DNA of 64,000 nt from an uncultured Ruminococcus sp. (lineage in GTDB: Bacteria; Bacillota; Clostridia; Oscillospirales; Ruminococcaceae): the NCBI GenBank assembly GCA_900539835.1, contig UQDR01000006.1, forward strand, positions 34,255-98,254, in the 5' to 3' direction. Numbering within the stretch: the first letter of the stretch is position 1; each line of letters opens with the position of its first letter. The notes under the pieces were generated by a model, which was not told the origin of the DNA, did not search any database, and saw only the letters and a program-made list of their open reading frames with translations. Both the position numbers and the translations under genes were made by a program. This document shows, piece by piece, positions 59,379 to 64,000 of this stretch.

Positions 59379-62300
59379 ATGGGAGTAGATATTGATAAAC
59401 TGAATATAGAGATTTCAGGCAATTCAGACAAAGCTCAAAAGTCAATAGATCAACTTTGCGAATCTCTTTCTAAGTTAAAAGCAAACTTAGCAAAAAATAC
59501 TGAGTTCCAAAAATTTAACGAACAATTGGCTAAGCTTAGAGAAACAGTTAAAAAGTACAGTGATTTAAGTTCATATACTGAAAAGATTAATAAGTATACC
59601 GAATCTATACATAAGCTTACAAACTTGAAAACACCAAGTGTATCAAAAATGACTGCTCGTGTAAAAGAACTTGTGGATATGAGCAAAGAAATGTCCTCAT
59701 TTACTGGAGCGGATGAATTGGCTGAAAAAGTGAATCAGATTTGTTCTGCCATGAAACCAATGGAGAGTATGGGGAAGAATACACTTGCACCTTTTATCAG
59801 TTCAATGAAGAAAATTCCTGAATTCACTAAGTCAATGGACACGAAAACTATGCAGGATTTTAAAAACATGATAAAGGAAATAACAAGTGCAATACAGCCA
59901 TTAATAACACAAGTATCAAAGTCTGAAAAAGGCTTAGTATCTCTTAACAGAATTATTCAATCTACTGTTTCCAGCAACGGCAACCTTGCTGCAAGCAATG
60001 CCGCTGCCGTGAAAAGCTATACGTCAGTATCCTCAATACTGACGAGTACCAAAGCAAAGCTATTAGCCTACAGCTATGCTGTAATAAGAGTTACAAGGGT
60101 TTTAAAAGATTGGCTTGACCTTAGCAATGACTACATAGAAAACCTTAATCTTTTTGAAGTGGCAATGGGTAAAGGTGCAAAGGAAGCATTAAATTATGCA
60201 GAGTCAGTAAATAAGGCATTGGGAATTGACGTGTCTGACTGGATAAGGAATCAGGGTGTGTTTAAGCAAGTAACTTCCGGCTTTGGTGTACTTAATGATA
60301 CATCTGATATCATGTCCAAGAACTTAACTCAGTTAGGATATGATATTTCATCATTTTTTAACATTGATGTTGATGAGTCTATGCAAAAGTTACAGAGCGG
60401 AATAAGCGGTGAAATTGAGCCGCTTAGACGTTTGGGGTATGCTTTGGATCAGACAACCTTACAGCAGATTGCATATTCAAACGGTATAACTACGAACATA
60501 AACAAAATGACTCAGGCTCAGAAGTCACAGTTAAGGTATATTGCAATTTTACAACAGTCAAAAAATGTAACAGGCGACATGGCAAGAACGGTTACAACTC
60601 CTGCTAATGCTATGAGAATATTAGATCAGCAGATAAATCAACTGAAGCGTTCAATAGGAAATATCATAAGCATTGTAGCACAAAAGCTTTTGCCATATAT
60701 TCAGGCGTTTGTTAGATTGCTTGGAGACGCAGCAGATTATCTTGCTAAGCTTTGGGGCTTTGAGTTACCGACCATTGATTATTCCAATGTAGGAAACGGT
60801 CTTAGCAATATAAGTGATGAGGCAGATAATGCAACTGACAGCGTTAAAAAGACTGCTAAAGAAATGCAAAGACTTGCGGGATTTGATGAATTAAATATTC
60901 TTAGTTCCAAAGATAACAGCAATTCTGATAATAGTAATATATCTAACGGTTTTGATTTGGGCATTCAAATGCCGGAATATGATTTCTTGTCTGGGCTTGA
61001 TAATCAAAGTGATAGCGTTTACAAGAAAATGAAAGAAAAAGCTCTTGAACTAGTTGATTGGATAAAAGAAAATAAGCGTTTGGTCGAGCTGTTAGGTATT
61101 GCTATAGGTGTTGCTTTTGCTGTAAAGAAGATAAAGAAATTCTTTGACCTAATCGGCGGTCTTTCTGTGTTTAAGACTGCTAAAACATGGTTAAAGAATT
61201 TCATAGATGGTTTTAAGGCTACTAAAGCAACTAATTTCTTTAAAAAGCTAAACGGTGGAATTAAAACGTTTAGAGAAAAGTTATCTCCTGCCGCAAGGCT
61301 TTTAGGTACTGTTGCAGGAACGGCCATGTCTTCACTCGGAAGTTATAACCTGTTTAAGAATTTGGCTAAGGATACAGCTGACTGGAAAACTGTTTTAGGT
61401 GATTCGGCATTGATTATAGGTGGACTTGCTACATCTTGGCTCTTTGGTGGTGCTCCTGGTTTAGCTATTGCTACGCTCGGAACAGCTATAGGAGGGTTAT
61501 GTGGTCATTTAAAGGGTCTGCATGAAAAATATTTAGAGATTGATAAAGTAGCGATTGAAAGTAAATTGTTTAATAACGGCGGTACTAAAATTGGAGAATT
61601 AACAGATGCTTTTGGGGAACAGTTTAAAAAGCTATCTGAACTTAATGGAAAATTAAAAGATTATGATGAAAAGATAGGTGATAATAAAACTGATATCGAA
61701 GAGTATAAAAAAACTGTTGATGAATATAAGGAAAAAATAGACGGTACTGGCACGCTTGCTGAACAAGAGTTAGGACCAATGAAAGAAGCGGTTGACGGGT
61801 TAGCCAGCAGCTTGAAAGAAAGCATGAATTTAGACTGCTCTAAGTTTTTTGATATTGTTAAGCAGTCCGTTTCAGGAGTAGCCAAAGGTGTTGGGATAGA
61901 CGTCGATAAAATGACAACAACTATCGAAGAATTTCAAAAAAAATTCTCAAACGAGGTAAGTAAATCTCAGAAGATTGTTGATGATTATATCAATAAATTA
62001 GCTTCTGGAGAAACTGTTACACCCGAAGAAACAAAACAGTATGAAAAAGAACTGGATTACTTAACTAATATGGGAGCTGAAATAACCCAAGCAAAAACAA
62101 ACTTCCAAAATGCTATTAAGAGTATTGATAAAATAGATTTTGGGAATGAAACTGAAACTAAAGAAGCACTTGAAGATCTAAAGAAGTATGCAGAAGATGC
62201 TAAACAAGATGCCAAAGATATTTACCAATCCTCGCTAAATACTTATGATAATCTTATGCAGTCGCTTAAGTATAATTATAAAACCGAAAAAATCGATGAA

Positions 62301-63398
62301 AAAATGTATACCCAAACAAAGAAGCAACTGGAGGACTTTAAGAGGGGTGTAGAAAAAGCTTATCAGGACAACCGAGATGATATAAAGAAGTCTTTATCAA
62401 ACGTTACTCAAAAAATTTATGATTCTGCTAATGACGAAGTATTTAAAAATATTAAGTCTATGCCAAACGTTACTAAAATGTCGCAAAGTTGGGCAAAGGA
62501 ACGTGTTGAAGAACTAAAAGAAAAATTTAACTATGTTTATTCTGGGATAAGTAGCATAACTGAATCTAACGGAATAAAACTAAATGATAAAGCCGAAAAA
62601 GCATTTTTGAAATCCTTTAAAGAGAGTAGCGGAGCAGTTGCCGATGTAATAGAAGGGTTCGCATACGATCAATTTAGAGATTACAATGAATTGATGGAAA
62701 CAGAAATAGATCCTAAACTTAAGGAGTCGGGTAAAAAATCAGGAAAGGCTATCGGCAACGGAATAAAAGATGCTGATCCTTATTTGTCAAAACAATTAGA
62801 AGGTATGAAATCAAATGTTGGTTCTCTTTCAACTTCGATTAAAGATTTTAATTTTTATTTAAATGGTAAAAATGATGTATCTGGCGAGTTTGCAAAAGGT
62901 ATTTTAGATGGATCTAACTCTGTTAAACAATCAATTGATGAAATGCTAACTGGTTTAGCGCTTAAAATTGAACAAAAATCACCTGAATTGAGAGAAAAAA
63001 TACATCAATTATTAAGCATATCAGGTTCATCTTCATCACCTATAGTACAAATAGGTGTTATGGCAGGGATGACGGGCCTAAATGCAATTCCCGGCTACGC
63101 CTCAGGTGGTTTTCCAACGAGCGGACAACTGTTCTACGCACGAGAAAACGGTATACCTGAAATGGTCGGTAAAATCGGTAATCAAACAGCTGTAGCTAAC
63201 AATAACCAAATCGAAAAGGGAATTGCAGACGCTGTTTACAAGGCAGTGACATCAGCAAACGGAAGCAGTGTTGCAAGTAATAATCAACCAATCAATATTA
63301 CCGTACCTGTATATATTGACGGTCAGAAAATGGACGAGCAACAGTATAACTATCGCCAACGACAGCTTGTCAGATCTAACGGCAGACGTGGGTATTAA
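59379..63398 (+). CDS. tape measure protein
   Basis: 1339 aa, coiled-coil rich with Gly-rich TM-like segments. Confidence 0.85.
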   Translation: MGVDIDKLNIEISGNSDKAQKSIDQLCESLSKLKANLAKNTEFQKFNEQLAKLRETVKKYSDLSSYTEKINKYTESIHKLTNLKTPSVSKMTARVKELVDMSKEMSSFTGADELAEKVNQICSAMKPMESMGKNTLAPFISSMKKIPEFTKSMDTKTMQDFKNMIKEITSAIQPLITQVSKSEKGLVSLNRIIQSTVSSNGNLAASNAAAVKSYTSVSSILTSTKAKLLAYSYAVIRVTRVLKDWLDLSNDYIENLNLFEVAMGKGAKEALNYAESVNKALGIDVSDWIRNQGVFKQVTSGFGVLNDTSDIMSKNLTQLGYDISSFFNIDVDESMQKLQSGISGEIEPLRRLGYALDQTTLQQIAYSNGITTNINKMTQAQKSQLRYIAILQQSKNVTGDMARTVTTPANAMRILDQQINQLKRSIGNIISIVAQKLLPYIQAFVRLLGDAADYLAKLWGFELPTIDYSNVGNGLSNISDEADNATDSVKKTAKEMQRLAGFDELNILSSKDNSNSDNSNISNGFDLGIQMPEYDFLSGLDNQSDSVYKKMKEKALELVDWIKENKRLVELLGIAIGVAFAVKKIKKFFDLIGGLSVFKTAKTWLKNFIDGFKATKATNFFKKLNGGIKTFREKLSPAARLLGTVAGTAMSSLGSYNLFKNLAKDTADWKTVLGDSALIIGGLATSWLFGGAPGLAIATLGTAIGGLCGHLKGLHEKYLEIDKVAIESKLFNNGGTKIGELTDAFGEQFKKLSELNGKLKDYDEKIGDNKTDIEEYKKTVDEYKEKIDGTGTLAEQELGPMKEAVDGLASSLKESMNLDCSKFFDIVKQSVSGVAKGVGIDVDKMTTTIEEFQKKFSNEVSKSQKIVDDYINKLASGETVTPEETKQYEKELDYLTNMGAEITQAKTNFQNAIKSIDKIDFGNETETKEALEDLKKYAEDAKQDAKDIYQSSLNTYDNLMQSLKYNYKTEKIDEKMYTQTKKQLEDFKRGVEKAYQDNRDDIKKSLSNVTQKIYDSANDEVFKNIKSMPNVTKMSQSWAKERVEELKEKFNYVYSGISSITESNGIKLNDKAEKAFLKSFKESSGAVADVIEGFAYDQFRDYNELMETEIDPKLKESGKKSGKAIGNGIKDADPYLSKQLEGMKSNVGSLSTSIKDFNFYLNGKNDVSGEFAKGILDGSNSVKQSIDEMLTGLALKIEQKSPELREKIHQLLSISGSSSSPIVQIGVMAGMTGLNAIPGYASGGFPTSGQLFYARENGIPEMVGKIGNQTAVANNNQIEKGIADAVYKAVTSANGSSVASNNQPINITVPVYIDGQKMDEQQYNYRQRQLVRSNGRRGY

Positions 63399-63409
63399 GG
63401 GGTGGTCTT

Positions 63410-63778
63410 ATGGTTACATATTTGAAAATTAATGGGGTAGCAATGCCTACCCCACGAGCTTATTCGATACAGCGTTCTGATTTAGACAGCCAAAATACCA
63501 CTCGAAGCGAGGCAGGAGAGCTACAGCGTGACCGTATAAGGGATAATACATATAAGGTCATGTGCGAATGGAGAGTTAGGGAGCGGGATTTGCAAAAGTT
63601 AAATTCCGCTTTATCTCCTGAAGAGTTTACCGCACAAATATATGACGGTACTACTGGGAAGTATCTGACTATATCACATGCTTATGCTTCCGCTGACAGA
63701 GTCTCCACTTTGGTGCTTCCGGAAAACGACCCAATCCAAAATTGGTGGGATTTTAAGTGCGATATTATTGAATATTAA
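63410..63778 (+). CDS. phage tail family protein (putative distal tail protein)
   Basis: Located directly after the TMP. Confidence 0.4.
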   Translation: MVTYLKINGVAMPTPRAYSIQRSDLDSQNTTRSEAGELQRDRIRDNTYKVMCEWRVRERDLQKLNSALSPEEFTAQIYDGTTGKYLTISHAYASADRVSTLVLPENDPIQNWWDFKCDIIEY

Positions 63779-63792
63779 GGCGGTGAGGTAAA

Positions 63793-64000
63793 ATGTATGA
63801 TGTATCAGGTAATTATAATAATGCTATTAATTCAAATCTAAGAACAGTTAAAATTGATATTCATATCACTCTTTCTGATGAAACTATTCTGTATTTCGGC
63901 GATAAAGATATTTTGCAAGGAAGTTTGTATATTAATAGCCGATGTGTAAGCGGAAATGATTTTGATTTAGGAACAGTATACGCTTCTGAGTTGGGAGTAT
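63793..64000 (+). CDS. tail protein, 5' partial at the window edge
   Basis: An ORF beginning at the ATG at 63793 that runs off the window. Confidence 0.4.
   Translation, partial: MYDVSGNYNNAINSNLRTVKIDIHITLSDETILYFGDKDILQGSLYINSRCVSGNDFDLGTVYASELGV

Larger units (their letters stand above)
31805..64000. mobile_element. temperate siphovirus-like prophage (left end, continuing beyond the window)
   Basis: Lambda-like order of integrase, accessory genes, cI/cro, recombination/replication, late regulator, terS, terL, portal, MuF, scaffold, MCP, tail and TMP. The left junction presumably lies within 31805-31899. Confidence 0.9.

Noticed and set aside
59450-61885. Several 60-100 aa ORFs on the minus strand within the tape measure gene
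   Set aside because: They are antisense to a continuous 1339-aa CDS and are shadow ORFs.

Overview
This window is low-GC Firmicutes (probably Clostridia) chromosome that carries two integrated elements. (i) Positions 1-1903 are the right-hand end of a small integrated element abutting the 3' end of an initiator tRNA-fMet (minus strand, 1904-1980). It contains a DUF4160/DUF2442 pair, a ribbon-helix-helix protein, and iteron-like repeats with an 18-bp perfect palindrome. (ii) Positions 1981-31804 are ordinary host genes: a Na+/solute symporter; a LytTR-DUF3021-ABC-2 cassette; ktrAB; tRNA-Arg(CCT); a DUF815 ATPase with a GNAT; an XRE-controlled small membrane-protein/lipoprotein cluster; prfC; tandem Ogt/MGMT; cca; an Lnt-like protein; a GH36 alpha-galactosidase; coaBC divergent from an ECF-S component and coaX; a MATE pump; an FprA flavoprotein; and dpaB (spoVFB). 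(iii) From 31805 to the window end (and beyond) is a lambda-like siphovirus prophage whose integrase sits directly next to dpaB. Its lysogeny module carries an AbiD/F-like protein and a 539-aa zinc-ribbon, membrane-anchored, tandem-domain protein. It has a cI/cro switch with palindromic operators. The recombination/replication module has a YqaJ exonuclease, RecT, SSB, a replisome organizer, RusA and HNH. It has a late regulator, and then a roughly 500-bp noncoding gap containing a highly structured RNA, an aberrant tRNA-like gene and a terminator. Next comes an AT-rich three-gene moron island (HipA-like pseudokinase fragments plus a HipA-N-like/HIRAN fusion), insulated from terS by its own terminator. 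The structural genes follow: terS, terL, portal, a MuF protein with a C-terminal HExxH extension, a second moron patch, scaffold, major capsid, tail genes with a -1 frameshift chaperone pair, and a 1339-aa tape measure. The most novel candidates are the HipA-like/HIRAN island, the adjacent structured RNA/tRNA-like locus, the lysogeny-module membrane protein, and the MuF-HExxH fusion. No CRISPR arrays or rRNA genes were seen.
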